Shown one piece after another: positions 37,274 through 47,893 of a stretch of 64,000 nt of DNA. The stretch is from NCBI GenBank assembly GCA_964445435.1, contig CAYUKU010000001.1, forward strand, positions 44,384-108,383, given 5' to 3'. The notes under the pieces are model-generated. The model saw only the letters and a list, made by a program, of their open reading frames with translations, was not told the DNA's origin and searched no databases. Origin of the DNA: an uncultured Gammaproteobacteria bacterium. Lineage in GTDB: Bacteria; Patescibacteriota; Microgenomatia; UBA10105; UBA927. The translations under genes were made by a program, and so were the position numbers. How positions within the stretch are numbered: position 1 is the stretch's first letter; the number at the start of each line of letters is the position of its first letter.

Positions 37274-37620
37274 ATCACTTCATCTTCTGCGCTTATCTCG
37301 CCGTATGTCGCCTGCAGGCGGGTATTTTCTATTTCCAATTCGTGATTTTTCTTTACCAAATCGATGTTTTCTTTCTTGATCTGGGCTATTTCTTTGGCCT
37401 GCTGGGCGACTTTCTTCTTCCTTCCGAATGATTCTACGAGGTAGAAGATGGTCGTGAATAGTACACCGAGAATGATGGATCCGAAAATTACCAGGTATAG
37501 AGGAACGCCGGACATGAGAGAATATCCAAAAGAAATGGAAATTGGAGTCGTATTGAGTGTGGCGAAATATCCGAACGCGATCCCGAAGAGAATAAACAGC
37601 AGGAGCGCATACATACCCAA
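37270..37620 (-). CDS. LapA-like (DUF1049) inner-membrane protein
   Basis: Two TM helices followed by a Lys/Glu-rich coiled tail. Confidence 0.5.
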   Translation of the reverse strand: MGMYALLLFILFGIAFGYFATLNTTPISISFGYSLMSGVPLYLVIFGSIILGVLFTTIFYLVESFGRKKKVAQQAKEIAQIKKENIDLVKKNHELEIENTRLQATYGEISAEDEVI

Positions 37621-37650
37621 ACCTCCTTACGCGTTTTATTGTAACATACA

Positions 37651-39471
37651 TTACCGATCCCGTCGCAGCGCGCGTACACGGTCGGTTTTGGATAAGTATT
37701 TCTTTCGCAAACGTAAACTTACCGGAGTAATCTCGAGCAATTCATCGTCCTCTATAAAATCAAGACACTGTTCAAGACTATATGAAATCGGCGGATCCAG
37801 CTGGATGGCGACGTCGGCGGTTGCAGAGTGAATGTTAGTAAGTTTCTTGGTTTTGCATACGTTGATGTCGATATCTTCCTGGCGATTATTAATCCCGATA
37901 ATCATCCCTTCGTAGACTGGAACACCGGGTCCGATAAATGCCCGCCCCCGTTCCTGCACCGTCGTCAATGCATACCCGCTTGATGTGCCGGTTTCGCTTG
38001 CGACAAGTACGCCGTTTCTGAGTTTCGGAATATGACTTGCCAACGGGAAATACCCGATAAACCGAGTCGCAAATATTCCGTTTCCGCGTGTCTTTGTCAT
38101 GATATCACCCCGAAATCCCAACAAGTTTCGACTAGAAACTTTGTAGACCATCCGGGTAATGCCCCGCTGATTCGTATGTGTGTCCAGAAGCTCTGCGCGC
38201 CGTTTGCCTAATTCCTCAGAAATAATACCGACATACGAATTGTCAATCTCGATTGTGATCTCCTCAAATGGTTCGCGTTTTTCCTCGTTTTCTTCGATAA
38301 ATATTACCTCAGGTTTCCCCACCTGCATTTCAAATCCCTCTCGCCTGAGGTTTTCAAGAAGCACTGCCAAATGAAGCTCTCCACGGCCTGCTACGATAAA
38401 CCCTTGACCGTTGGGATTCTCAGATATCCGAAGACCGATATTTGTCTTCTTTTCCTTAATAAGTCGCTCGTGGATCTGACGCGCAGTACAAAATTTACCT
38501 TCTTTCCCCGCGAACGGCGAAGTGTTTGCAGATACGAAAATTTTCAGCGTCGGTTCCTCAAGTCGTATAACCGGGTATCCTGTTGGATCGGCCGGATCGG
38601 CAAGCGTTTGTCCTATCTCTACACCATCTATCCCGGTAACTGCAATAATATCTCCCGGCACTGATTGCTCTATGGCTACCCGCTTAAGCCCGGCACTTGT
38701 GAATACGCCTTCTATCTTGCAGTGTTTCACTTTCGCATTCTCACTCAATAGCAGTACGGACTGGCCTGGCGAAACGACTCCCTGACTCACCTTACCGATG
38801 GCATATGTGCCTTTATAAGCATCAAAATCGAGCGTCGATACGAGCATCTTAAATGGACGATCCGCATCAACAGCCGGCGCGGGCACACTTCGAATAATTT
38901 GCTCAAATAAAGGCTCCAGAGTGGCATGTTCCTGCAAATTCTTCGGTAACTCATTCCAAGCTTTTTCTTCCCGGCCGACTGAATAGAGCACCGGAAATGA
39001 GAGATGCCCTTCGTGATGGGCAAGGTGAAGAAAAAGTTCCTCTGTTTGACGGATGACTTCTTCCGGACGTGCATCTTTGCGGTCAATTTTATTGATTACG
39101 ACAATGACGGGAATGTTACGTCCAAGCGCCTTTTCCAGAACAAATTGTGTTTGTGGAAGCGGTCCTTCCGCCGCGTCGACAATAAGAAGCGCACCGTCTG
39201 CCATGTTTATGACCCGTTCGACTTCTCCCGAGAAATCCGCATGACCCGGCGTATCAATGATGTTTATTTTTATCCCCTTATAGGTAACAGAGGTATTCTT
39301 GGCAAGAATGGTAATTCCCTTCTCTCGCTCAAGGTCATTACTATCCAGGATGGTCGTTTGACTCATCTCGGCCTCGTTTTCGCGGAATGTATGCGTCTGC
39401 TTGAGCATCCCGTCAACGAGTGTCGTTTTCCCGTGATCGACATGGGCGATAATAGCGATATTTCGTATTTC
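37651..39471 (-). CDS. typA: translational GTPase TypA/BipA
   Basis: MEIRNIAIIAHVDHGKTTLVD G1, DTPGHADF G3, NKIDR G4. Start set at the internal Met, because the 5' ORF extension has no homology. Confidence 0.9.
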   Translation of the reverse strand, partial: EIRNIAIIAHVDHGKTTLVDGMLKQTHTFRENEAEMSQTTILDSNDLEREKGITILAKNTSVTYKGIKINIIDTPGHADFSGEVERVINMADGALLIVDAAEGPLPQTQFVLEKALGRNIPVIVVINKIDRKDARPEEVIRQTEELFLHLAHHEGHLSFPVLYSVGREEKAWNELPKNLQEHATLEPLFEQIIRSVPAPAVDADRPFKMLVSTLDFDAYKGTYAIGKVSQGVVSPGQSVLLLSENAKVKHCKIEGVFTSAGLKRVAIEQSVPGDIIAVTGIDGVEIGQTLADPADPTGYPVIRLEEPTLKIFVSANTSPFAGKEGKFCTARQIHERLIKEKKTNIGLRISENPNGQGFIVAGRGELHLAVLLENLRREGFEMQVGKPEVIFIEENEEKREPFEEITIEIDNSYVGIISEELGKRRAELLDTHTNQRGITRMVYKVSSRNLLGFRGDIMTKTRGNGIFATRFIGYFPLASHIPKLRNGVLVASETGTSSGYALTTVQERGRAFIGPGVPVYEGMIIGINNRQEDIDINVCKTKKLTNIHSATADVAIQLDPPISYSLEQCLDFIEDDELLEITPVSLRLRKKYLSKTDRVRALRRDR

Positions 39472-39812
39472 CATAGCAATGCCCACGCGTCTTCCTTCAT
39501 TGGTAACAATACAAAGAGGAGCACAACGAGGGGACTTAAGTATACCAATTTCATACCCCGTACGCAAAAAGTTGATATGATATCGCCATCATATGAAAAT
39601 ACGCTTTCACTGGGGAATTTTGGCGATTTTCGTACTCGCTGTGTTTCTTCGATTTGTTAATTTCCCCAACAGGTGGGGACTTGGGTATGATCAGGCATCG
39701 TTTGCCATTGTTGGCAAACATGCAGCTTCAGCCGCAGATCTTGATCGGGCACACTGGGCGTATCTCGATTTCCCGGTGGTCTACAAAAGCGTGCAACACT
39801 GGTGGTAATGCT

Positions 39813-40697
39813 TCATGTTTTGTGTTCAGAGCGAATCACAAGAAGCGATGCCGCAAGCACACACATTCCTCCGATTGCCGTAGGAAACGACGGAATTTCC
39901 CTGAAAAACAAAAAAGCAAACACAATTCCGATAAAATTTTCAGACAACATTACTAAGCTTCCCGTTCCTGCGCTTACCAGCTGAAAACCGCGGGTCATAA
40001 ATAACCACGCGGCGAAATTATCTATGCCAAACAACAGCGTCAAAAGCCACGTGCCTGGCGCAACTGATCCGATGCCGCCAGGGGCATAAAAAGATGACTC
40101 GGTGGTAACCGATATCAGTCCTACTGCAACCACACCGAGAAACGTATTTGTAAGAAGAAGCTTTGGCGATCCGATGGAAGAAAGCTTCTTCCTTCCGATC
40201 ACATACACAGCCTGCCCTATAGCCGAAAGCACGGCAAACCATGCTCCCGCCTTCCATGTATCTATAGGACCAGGACGGAAAAGGAATAGAAGAGCTACGG
40301 CGCCCAAGAGTATAGCAACAAGCTTCTCTTTGGTAATCGTCTCCCCCAAAAATACTTGTGCAAATATGGGGGTCAGGACACTAAAAGAAAAAAAGATGAA
40401 AAGCACCGTTCCAACTTGTGTAAGGAGAATCGCGTATGTGTAAAAAAGATTCGTTAACGCATATCCGAAAAGGGATACGATAAAAAGTAGGGCAATTTCA
40501 CTACGCTTCATGATAAATCGTTCACTCGTTCGCCAAAAATAAATACCCGCGCAGAAAAAAGCGACGACATACCTTAAAAACACCTGGGCCGCGGGAGGGA
40601 GTGATCCGGCTCCGAGAAATCGTATGAGAACCGGCATGATGCTGTAGAGCACGACTGAAATACCAAGGTACAGTACTCCCCGATGAAATTTACTCAT
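39813..40697 (-). CDS. EamA/DMT-superfamily transporter
   Basis: 10 TM segments in two repeated halves. Confidence 0.65.
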   Translation of the reverse strand: MSKFHRGVLYLGISVVLYSIMPVLIRFLGAGSLPPAAQVFLRYVVAFFCAGIYFWRTSERFIMKRSEIALLFIVSLFGYALTNLFYTYAILLTQVGTVLFIFFSFSVLTPIFAQVFLGETITKEKLVAILLGAVALLFLFRPGPIDTWKAGAWFAVLSAIGQAVYVIGRKKLSSIGSPKLLLTNTFLGVVAVGLISVTTESSFYAPGGIGSVAPGTWLLTLLFGIDNFAAWLFMTRGFQLVSAGTGSLVMLSENFIGIVFAFLFFREIPSFPTAIGGMCVLAASLLVIRSEHKT

Positions 40698-40701
40698 ATG
40701 G

Positions 40702-41244
40702 TCACAAATCCTTGAGTATTTCGTCAATGTACTCAATAGCCGCAGTCGGAGTGTCCGCGAAATGCACGAGTTCTTCCACTGTTTTGTTCACGAATCCATC
40801 GTCTTTCATTTTCTGGAGCTGAACGCGGATGCCTTCATAAAAATTTTCCGTATTGAGAAACACGATAGGCTTATTATGAATCCCTAGTTTCTTAAGCTCT
40901 AATATTTGTGCTACTTCATCGAGAGTTCCCAACCCACCGACAAGTACTACAATTGCTTCTGCTTTCGCAAGCATCATTGACTTTCGTTCCCCCAAATCCT
41001 TAGCTACGATCATCTCATCGGCGCTTTTTTTTGCGATACTGGAGAAAATTTCCAAAGATACACCGAACAATTTTCCTCCCCCCGCCTGCACCTCCGCTGA
41101 TATGACCCTCATAAGTCCTGTGTCCGACCCACCCCACACCAAGTGATATCCGTGACTTGCAAGAAGTCGTCCAAATTCAGCTGCAGGCGATACGTATTTA
41201 TCGGCCACCTCACTGGCAGAACAGAATACCGCTATGTATTTCAT
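40702..41244 (-). CDS. LOG-family cytokinin riboside 5'-monophosphate phosphoribohydrolase-like (TIGR00730)
   Basis: VFCSAS...GGSDTGLM...GGLGTLDE motifs. Confidence 0.75.
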   Translation of the reverse strand: MKYIAVFCSASEVADKYVSPAAEFGRLLASHGYHLVWGGSDTGLMRVISAEVQAGGGKLFGVSLEIFSSIAKKSADEMIVAKDLGERKSMMLAKAEAIVVLVGGLGTLDEVAQILELKKLGIHNKPIVFLNTENFYEGIRVQLQKMKDDGFVNKTVEELVHFADTPTAAIEYIDEILKDL

Positions 41245-42116
41245 CGACTTTCCTCCTTCTCAATACTTTTTATTATTGCTGAAAAATCCTCATCCGATAA
41301 CCCTTCAGCAACTCCGCGATCGAAGACTTCCTTCACCATCGTAAGCATGGTCAATTTCTTCCCGTGCACCTCCTCAAAGGCAAGCGAGACATCCTTGCGC
41401 ATATTCGAAAGGGAGAAGATCACAGGATAGTTGCCGGTGGCATGATTGGCTATCACGAGCTTCATCGCAGGCGACATCCCAGTCGATGCGCTCTGAAGAA
41501 CGTCCGCCACTTGCGCCCGACTCAGCCTCATGCTATCTGCAAGCATCATACCCTCACTGAGGGCTACTGCCTCTACGGCGACGAAATAATTATTGACAAG
41601 CTTAATCGCCTGCCCGGCCCCTACTTCACCCATATGATGGAGCGTCGTTCCCATCGCAAGAAGGACAGGCTTTATCTCTTCAAACACGTCTTTTTGGGCA
41701 CCTATAAATATCGTCAGCTCCCCGCTTGTTGCGCGAACCACGCTTCCGGTCACCGGCGCATCGACAAATCGTGCGCCCCGCTTCACAACCTGTATCCCTA
41801 TGGTACGCGCTGCTGTGGGGCCGATCGTGCTCATGTCTATCACAACCAGTCCCTTCTTCGGATCCGAAAGAACCCCGTTCTCACCCAATAGAACACTTTC
41901 GACGTCCGCCGGTCCCGTCACCATGGTAATCACAACGTCGCAGTCTTGACCCAACGCTCGTGGGGAATCGGCGGATTGGGCCCCAAGCGCAATGAGTTCC
42001 CTGGTCTTATCAGCGGTTCTACTGTAGACAGATAACGGAAATCCCCTCTTGAGGATGTTTTTCGCCATGGGCATGCCCATGAGTCCGAGGCCGATAAATC
42101 CGATCCGTTTTCTCAT
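41241..42116 (-). CDS. NAD-binding 3-hydroxyisobutyrate/tartronate-semialdehyde reductase family (HIBADH)
   Basis: IGFIGLGLMGMPMAKN Rossmann motif and the MGEVGAGQAIKLVNN catalytic region. Confidence 0.8.
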   Translation of the reverse strand: MRKRIGFIGLGLMGMPMAKNILKRGFPLSVYSRTADKTRELIALGAQSADSPRALGQDCDVVITMVTGPADVESVLLGENGVLSDPKKGLVVIDMSTIGPTAARTIGIQVVKRGARFVDAPVTGSVVRATSGELTIFIGAQKDVFEEIKPVLLAMGTTLHHMGEVGAGQAIKLVNNYFVAVEAVALSEGMMLADSMRLSRAQVADVLQSASTGMSPAMKLVIANHATGNYPVIFSLSNMRKDVSLAFEEVHGKKLTMLTMVKEVFDRGVAEGLSDEDFSAIIKSIEKEESR

Positions 42117-42121
42117 CTGGA

Positions 42122-43060
42122 TTACTTTTTAAGTTCGAAAAACGAAAACACGATATATAAGCATAACAGAACGCACCCCTCAAGTCTGGAAATTGAATTT
42201 CTCGAACGGGAGAAAATAAAAAATAATGCGATTCCTCCGACGATAAATACAAAAGTTAATGGAAATCTGTTTGCTGTCAACACGTCTCCTTGATTGATCA
42301 GTGTGAATATGCCGAAAAAAAGCGAATTGACCGCAGCAGATCCCATATAGTCTCCGAAGGCGACATCTTTTTTTCCCAACATAATCGAACGGATTGCAAG
42401 CGAGAGCTCAGGAAGATTCGTCCCCAATGATAAAACAATAAGACTAATGTAGAGGGGGTGGATAGAAAAAATCCGCGAGAAATAAAGTGTGTGATCCACG
42501 ATAATCTGGCTTGCCCCAAAAACGATAATCGCTCCGAAAAGCACTTTAAGAATATCTTTCAAGCTATACGCTTTGAGCTGAAGCAATTCTTTATTCTTTC
42601 TATCCAGAAAACCGTGATCCCTCGCAAGTACGAATAAGAGTATTGCATACAACGCGATGAGAAATGCACCTTCTGCGTTCGTGACTTTTCTGTCCAGAAT
42701 CATTATCGAAGGCGTTACGATAACACCAAGCGTGAGAAGCATATTTCTCTGACTGAAAAAGTGCTTCAACTGAACTCCGTTCCCGAAGATAGCCAACATG
42801 GGAATAACAAAAAGGAAAATAACGGGAATCCCTCCCAAAAGATTACCGACGAAAATTTCCGGATTTGCCTCGGAAATCGCGGCAAACCCGACGGCAAATT
42901 CGGGCGTGGATGTCAGAAGCCCCAAAAGAACGAATGAAACGGCAAATGAGGAAAGTTTTAACCTATGGGCAAATTTGTCTATCGAAGAGACGATAAGTCC
43001 GGCGCCAAGCCATATTAACAGAAACGATGCGATGTAAGATAGAAAGTTATAAACAAGCAT
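42122..43060 (-). CDS. Ca2+/Na+ antiporter (CaCA/YrbG family)
   Basis: Two alpha-repeat regions (GLLTSTPEF, LSLGTNLPEL). Confidence 0.7.
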   Translation of the reverse strand: MLVYNFLSYIASFLLIWLGAGLIVSSIDKFAHRLKLSSFAVSFVLLGLLTSTPEFAVGFAAISEANPEIFVGNLLGGIPVIFLFVIPMLAIFGNGVQLKHFFSQRNMLLTLGVIVTPSIMILDRKVTNAEGAFLIALYAILLFVLARDHGFLDRKNKELLQLKAYSLKDILKVLFGAIIVFGASQIIVDHTLYFSRIFSIHPLYISLIVLSLGTNLPELSLAIRSIMLGKKDVAFGDYMGSAAVNSLFFGIFTLINQGDVLTANRFPLTFVFIVGGIALFFIFSRSRNSISRLEGCVLLCLYIVFSFFELKK

Positions 43061-43119
43061 GATATCTAGTATACCAAACGGGTCAGCTTGCCTTTACCGG
43101 AATGGTATAATTAGCGCGT

Positions 43120-43875
43120 ATGAACAATATAAATATTGCCTTTATTCTTACACTCGTTCTTCCTTTCCTTGTCGCGGCGCTCTTGAGTCGTCTGATTCAC
43201 CGGTACATGAGGATTCCCAAAAACCTCGAATCCCCACGGACAAAAACGTATCTCGCTACAATCCAAAGCTTGTCAACAATGATTCTCTACATAATCGCGG
43301 TATATTACGTGCTTACCCAACTACGCATTAACGTCACGCCGCTCTTTGCTTCGGCTGGCGTCATCGGCATCATTATAGGGTTGGGCGTCCGGTCATTTAT
43401 TGAGGATTTCTTCACCGGAATTCTTATGCTCACGCAAGACACAATAAGCGTCGGTGATTACGTGGAAATCGGCGGCACCCAGGGAATTGCGGAAGCCGTG
43501 GGCCTGAGAACAGTCCGCATTAAGGACCAAAATGGAGCTATTCACATATTCCCAAACCGTGAAATCAAAAAAATCGTCAATTATTCCAGAAGACTTGCAC
43601 GCGTTGTCGTTGATGTACCGATCAAATCAAATCAGCCGATCGATCGGGCCATAAAAGCGCTGGAACGCGCAATCAAAGAACTTAAGAAAGACACGGTGCT
43701 CTCTTCTCTCATCGCAGAGGGCTCACGCGTTCAGGGAGTCGAACGCATCAGCGGAAACTCAATCGCCGTTCGGGTACTCATCATTACCCGTGCCGCATTC
43801 CGATGGGACACCGCAAGAAAATACCGGTACCTGGCGCTTCGGCAGCTGGAACGTGCAAAAATTCTCCTGGGATAG
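43120..43875 (+). CDS. small-conductance mechanosensitive channel (MscS)
   Basis: Three TM helices plus the beta domain VGDYVEIGGTQGIAEAVGLRTVRIKDQNGAIHIFPN. Confidence 0.85.
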   Translation: MNNINIAFILTLVLPFLVAALLSRLIHRYMRIPKNLESPRTKTYLATIQSLSTMILYIIAVYYVLTQLRINVTPLFASAGVIGIIIGLGVRSFIEDFFTGILMLTQDTISVGDYVEIGGTQGIAEAVGLRTVRIKDQNGAIHIFPNREIKKIVNYSRRLARVVVDVPIKSNQPIDRAIKALERAIKELKKDTVLSSLIAEGSRVQGVERISGNSIAVRVLIITRAAFRWDTARKYRYLALRQLERAKILLG

Positions 43876-43908
43876 AACTCTCTTGCGCTTAAGTGTTACG
43901 ATAGGTAT

Positions 43909-44244
43909 ATGCACATTCTCGTCCGTTGGATAATAAATGCTCTTTCTCTGTATATCGTTGCCAGAATCGTCCCGGGAATACGATTGACCGATTTCGGAGC
44001 GGCGCTCATTGCCGTTATCTTCATAGGCTTGATAAACGCACTTCTCAAACCTATCCTTCTTCTTCTGACGCTGCCTATTAACATTCTCACGTTGGGACTA
44101 TTCACATTCATTCTGAATGCGAGCCTTCTTAAGCTGGCTGCGTCGGTAAGTCCGGACTTTCAGGTTGATGGATGGGGATCGGCTATTATCGGTTCTGTTC
44201 TTCTGTCAATCGTCTCGACCATCCTTCACTCGCTTGTTCGGTAG
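43909..44244 (+). CDS. DUF360 / phage-holin-4 family membrane protein
   Basis: Four short TM helices. 111 aa. Confidence 0.5.
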   Translation: MHILVRWIINALSLYIVARIVPGIRLTDFGAALIAVIFIGLINALLKPILLLLTLPINILTLGLFTFILNASLLKLAASVSPDFQVDGWGSAIIGSVLLSIVSTILHSLVR

Positions 44245-44247
44245 GAG

Positions 44248-44952
44248 TTACTTGTTTACCTCTTTTTCAAGCTTCTTCGGAGAAACTCCAGGGACATCCG
44301 GATGACGCTTCGCCTGAACGTATTCGTACACCATTGGAACGAGCGACAAGAAAATAATTGCAAATATCGCGTAATGGAAATTCTTTTGGATAAACTCAAG
44401 ATTCCCGAAGAAATACCCGGCAAGCGTGAAGAGCGTAACCCATACAACACCCCCGATAACGTTGTATGTGATAAATTTACCGTATTCCATCGTGCCGACT
44501 CCGGCGACAAACGGCGCGAACGTCCGAACGATGGGAACGAATCGTGCAAGGATGATGGTCTTGCCTCCGTATTTTTTGTAAAACTGCTCTGTCTTATCGA
44601 TATGTTCCTGGTTAATAATCGTAATCTTGGGATTATCGACAATCTTCTGGCCAAAAAAATGCCCGATCCAATAGTTAGCTGTATCACCCATAACGGCAGC
44701 TATTATAAGAAGAATGATCACACCCGCGATATGAAGGGATCCAAGCGCGGATATGGCCCCTGCGGCAAACAAAAGCGAATCTCCCGGTAAAAAGGGCGTG
44801 ATGACAAACCCGGTTTCCGCAAACACGATCCCAAAAAGTATAGCGTATGTCAGTATCCCATACTGTGAGACCAATTCTTTCAAGTGAACATCGAGGTGTA
44901 AAACGAAATCGACAAACGACTGGATAATTTCCATAGACCTCAATGATACCAC
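44248..44952 (-). CDS. DedA-family membrane protein
   Basis: GILTYAILFGIVFAETGFVITPFLPGDSLLFAAG signature. Confidence 0.8.
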   Translation of the reverse strand: MVSLRSMEIIQSFVDFVLHLDVHLKELVSQYGILTYAILFGIVFAETGFVITPFLPGDSLLFAAGAISALGSLHIAGVIILLIIAAVMGDTANYWIGHFFGQKIVDNPKITIINQEHIDKTEQFYKKYGGKTIILARFVPIVRTFAPFVAGVGTMEYGKFITYNVIGGVVWVTLFTLAGYFFGNLEFIQKNFHYAIFAIIFLSLVPMVYEYVQAKRHPDVPGVSPKKLEKEVNK

Positions 44953-44976
44953 GGACCACGTCGTGCGCGAAGTCGT

Positions 44977-45600
44977 CTAAAATCCTAAGTTTTCCTTTAC
45001 GAGGATGAACGTCACCTTTCGTCCCAACATGGGGTTTTCTCCCTTAAATATCACGATTTTATTGAGGTGTGTCCCGACTCCGTAGGCTTCGTTCATTCGC
45101 TTATCCTCCAGAGGAACGACATGCTCTTCAAGCCTGCGCAAGCCATCCGCGAGCGTCGGGACGATTTTTTTCGTACTAACGACGAATATAAGATTTGGCG
45201 AGGTATGAACGACATGCGGCAACTGGCTGCCGGTGTTTGAGGCGATAAGGAATTCTCCGTTTTCCACTAACGCGTGGACGCTTCCAAGATAATATTCGGA
45301 CAGCACCGCCTGTCTTCGTAACTGTCGCTGCTTCTTCTCATCTTTTTCTGCCACTATGGCAGCGTGGAGGTTATTCCACGGATGCGTGCCGCTTTTGAGA
45401 TAGTCCGTAAATCCGATTTGTGTAAGCGTCGTTGATGAGCCGTTCATGACGGATGATCCGGCCGGAATCAATTCTTTTACTTTTTCGAGAGCTTGAACAC
45501 CCGTATCCGCAAGATAAACGGTATAACTGTGCTTCACGAGATTACCAACAGTCGTTTGAACAACAGCATCACTTGCTAAATCATCAAATGACATAGACAT
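44977..45600 (-). CDS. LUD-domain (LutC/YkgG-like) protein
   Basis: 207 aa. Pattern consistent with DUF162/LUD. Confidence 0.45.
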   Translation of the reverse strand: MSMSFDDLASDAVVQTTVGNLVKHSYTVYLADTGVQALEKVKELIPAGSSVMNGSSTTLTQIGFTDYLKSGTHPWNNLHAAIVAEKDEKKQRQLRRQAVLSEYYLGSVHALVENGEFLIASNTGSQLPHVVHTSPNLIFVVSTKKIVPTLADGLRRLEEHVVPLEDKRMNEAYGVGTHLNKIVIFKGENPMLGRKVTFILVKENLGF

Positions 45601-45623
45601 CCCTTCCTATAAAATAACCGTTA

Positions 45624-45902
45624 TTACTTTTTTACCGAAGATGAAATGCTTTTAAGCAGCTGCAACATGTACGAACTGTTAATTGCGTAAATAACTTCTT
45701 TCCCTTTGCGCACGTCATGAACGAGATTATTGTCCTTAAGGAGTTTGAGATGCTGTGAAACAAGCGGCTGGGACAGACCTGTGGTCGCCACCAGATCACT
45801 GACGGTTTTTGCATGATCCAGCAACTCCTGAACGATTCGGTACCTTGACTCGTTGCCGATACTTTTGCCGAATTTCGCGATTTGGGCACACACGTCATCC
45901 AT
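45624..45902 (-). CDS. ArsR/SmtB-family transcriptional regulator
   Basis: Winged HTH RYRIVQELLDHAKTVSDLVATTGLSQPLVSQHLKLLKD. Start set at the internal Met to avoid overlapping the upstream MGMT gene. Confidence 0.7.
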   Translation of the reverse strand: MDDVCAQIAKFGKSIGNESRYRIVQELLDHAKTVSDLVATTGLSQPLVSQHLKLLKDNNLVHDVRKGKEVIYAINSSYMLQLLKSISSSVKK

Positions 45903-45960
45903 ATATAAACATATTAGTATATGTTTATATATTATGCAATGGAGGATTCCTTCATGAACC

Positions 45961-46266
45961 TTATTTCGGATGCCATTGGGAAAAAGAAAGATCAACGCGT
46001 TCTCCCCTGAAGCGAACACCTTCGTTCTCAAGCATATTCTTCTTTCGTTTCACGCCCCCTTCCGCTGAATATCCGGTCAATCTGCCGTCTGACGCAACGA
46101 CGCGATGACACGGAGTACGTGGCGCGTCAGGATTTACCTTCATGCACATACCGACTGCCCGGGAAGCTCTCGGGCTACCGACAAGCGCTGCTACCTGACC
46201 ATAGGTGGCAACTTTTCCTTTGGGAATCTTGCGGATGAGCGTGTATACGGAATCGCGGAATGTCAT
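45961..46266 (-). CDS. methylated-DNA-protein-cysteine methyltransferase (Ogt/MGMT, DNA-binding/active-site domain only)
   Basis: PCHRVV active-site motif. 101 aa. Confidence 0.8.
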   Translation of the reverse strand: MTFRDSVYTLIRKIPKGKVATYGQVAALVGSPRASRAVGMCMKVNPDAPRTPCHRVVASDGRLTGYSAEGGVKRKKNMLENEGVRFRGERVDLSFSQWHPK

Positions 46267-47324
46267 AATTGAGGTATTGTATCATACACCGGCTGGAGTC
46301 TTTCTCCCCGCAAAAACTTTTCAAGAATCCGCGACAGGACAACCGCCTCCAACTCAAGTCCTTTCGAAGTAAAATGACAACACACGTCCAGAAAAACCTC
46401 TTCATCCGGATAGTTTGCAAACTCGCCCCGTATATCTACGAAATGCACGCGATCATGTGTCGTAGCGTACGTTCGCAGTGTTTCGTTCAAGAGTGTAATC
46501 GGCCGGAGCTCTTCCTGTGAAATCTCTTTCATCACGAGCAGCGGGCGGGATAACGCCACCAGAAAAATATGACTTCTTGTATGAGCCAGAAGAGTGTCCA
46601 AAGAGAGCGTGATGGATTCTCTCAGCCTGTCAAGATCTGCTTCATCGTAGGGAATGCGGCCGTTCAGCGGCTCGAAAAACAATCCGCTGTATCGCCAAAA
46701 CAGATAATACATGAATGAATACCGCAATCGCGAGTCGGTCATTCGTTTCACAGCTCCAATTTTGTGGCGGGCGCTACTTGTGTACCAGTTTTTCGTGACA
46801 TCCCACTTGTGCCCAAGCCAATAGAAGTTCTCTGCCGGATCATACGCCTGCAAGACAATCGCTGCCTCCGGAAATTTGCCTTCAATGTCATAGATATACC
46901 GATATACAGCCTGATTCAGCGAATACGAAGGTACTGCGGCATTTATGGAAGCCACCGTTAACCCGGCTCGGCCCAACATGTTACTAACCCGACTGGGAAC
47001 CGTCTCTCCCGCCGTTGCCAGATAACCGAAAAGAATGGAATCTCCCAGAAAAATGATATTCTTTTCCGTTTTTGAAGGGTTCACGCCCGGTGTTTTTCGA
47101 AATCCGTACTCATCAAACATAACGTACTCATCTGAGTATGAGATATCAGGAACGACATACCGCTCATCCTGCACAGGAGTCAAATATTGAATGTTAAACA
47201 CCTCAACTTTGTCGATTATCTCCCATGTATATTCATTATTCTTGAGGTGATACAAAAACTGGAGGAGGCCGTCCGCAATTACCAGACTCCCAACGGCAAG
47301 CATCAATCGAGCGAGTATTCTCAT
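46263..47324 (-). CDS. SGNH/GDSL-like hydrolase with N-terminal anchor
   Basis: IIFLGDSILFG block I with catalytic Ser. Confidence 0.5.
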   Translation of the reverse strand: MRILARLMLAVGSLVIADGLLQFLYHLKNNEYTWEIIDKVEVFNIQYLTPVQDERYVVPDISYSDEYVMFDEYGFRKTPGVNPSKTEKNIIFLGDSILFGYLATAGETVPSRVSNMLGRAGLTVASINAAVPSYSLNQAVYRYIYDIEGKFPEAAIVLQAYDPAENFYWLGHKWDVTKNWYTSSARHKIGAVKRMTDSRLRYSFMYYLFWRYSGLFFEPLNGRIPYDEADLDRLRESITLSLDTLLAHTRSHIFLVALSRPLLVMKEISQEELRPITLLNETLRTYATTHDRVHFVDIRGEFANYPDEEVFLDVCCHFTSKGLELEAVVLSRILEKFLRGERLQPVYDTIPQL

Positions 47325-47473
47325 GAGTATGATCAGTATACCTGGAAGAGGAAATAAACGTTATCCCCATAAAGAAGCGTTCTGATTCAACCGGATAATG
47401 GTTGTCACGTCAACTATACTCTGATTGTCAACATATGACCAAAAAGGCGTATGAGCGAGACAGTGGCAAACTA

Positions 47474-47893
47474 TTACCGAGTAGAAAAACCTGGGTTCTT
47501 CGCAGCCATCTTGATCAACTCTTCGAGGACTGTAAGATTTACCTTATTCACATCATCAAACCGGATACAGCTTTTCCCGACGCTTACTCTCCCTAGACGC
47601 GATTTATTTTTTTCTGCGATATATTCACCGTTTACTACCGCACATATGTACATAGATATGTAATTCTTCTGGTTCGCCAATGACACAATCGGCCATTGGA
47701 TCTCTTCCCCTTTATAGTTTTTGTACAAAAAATTACCGTAGCCAATCATGTTGTATGAAAAATGCGGCTTAAGACCCGGTGTCGCTCTTTGAATAAACTG
47801 ATGCAGAAATTTTATTGCTTTTCTTCGTTCATGTGGCAGTGAAGCAAGATATTCTTCGATTGTCTTGGCCTTGACAGGTTTGAACATGTTCAT
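47474..47893 (-). CDS. DUF1801 (YdhG-like) protein
   Basis: Family-like pattern. Start overlaps (ATGA) the stop of the upstream VOC gene. Confidence 0.45.
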   Translation of the reverse strand: MNMFKPVKAKTIEEYLASLPHERRKAIKFLHQFIQRATPGLKPHFSYNMIGYGNFLYKNYKGEEIQWPIVSLANQKNYISMYICAVVNGEYIAEKNKSRLGRVSVGKSCIRFDDVNKVNLTVLEELIKMAAKNPGFSTR

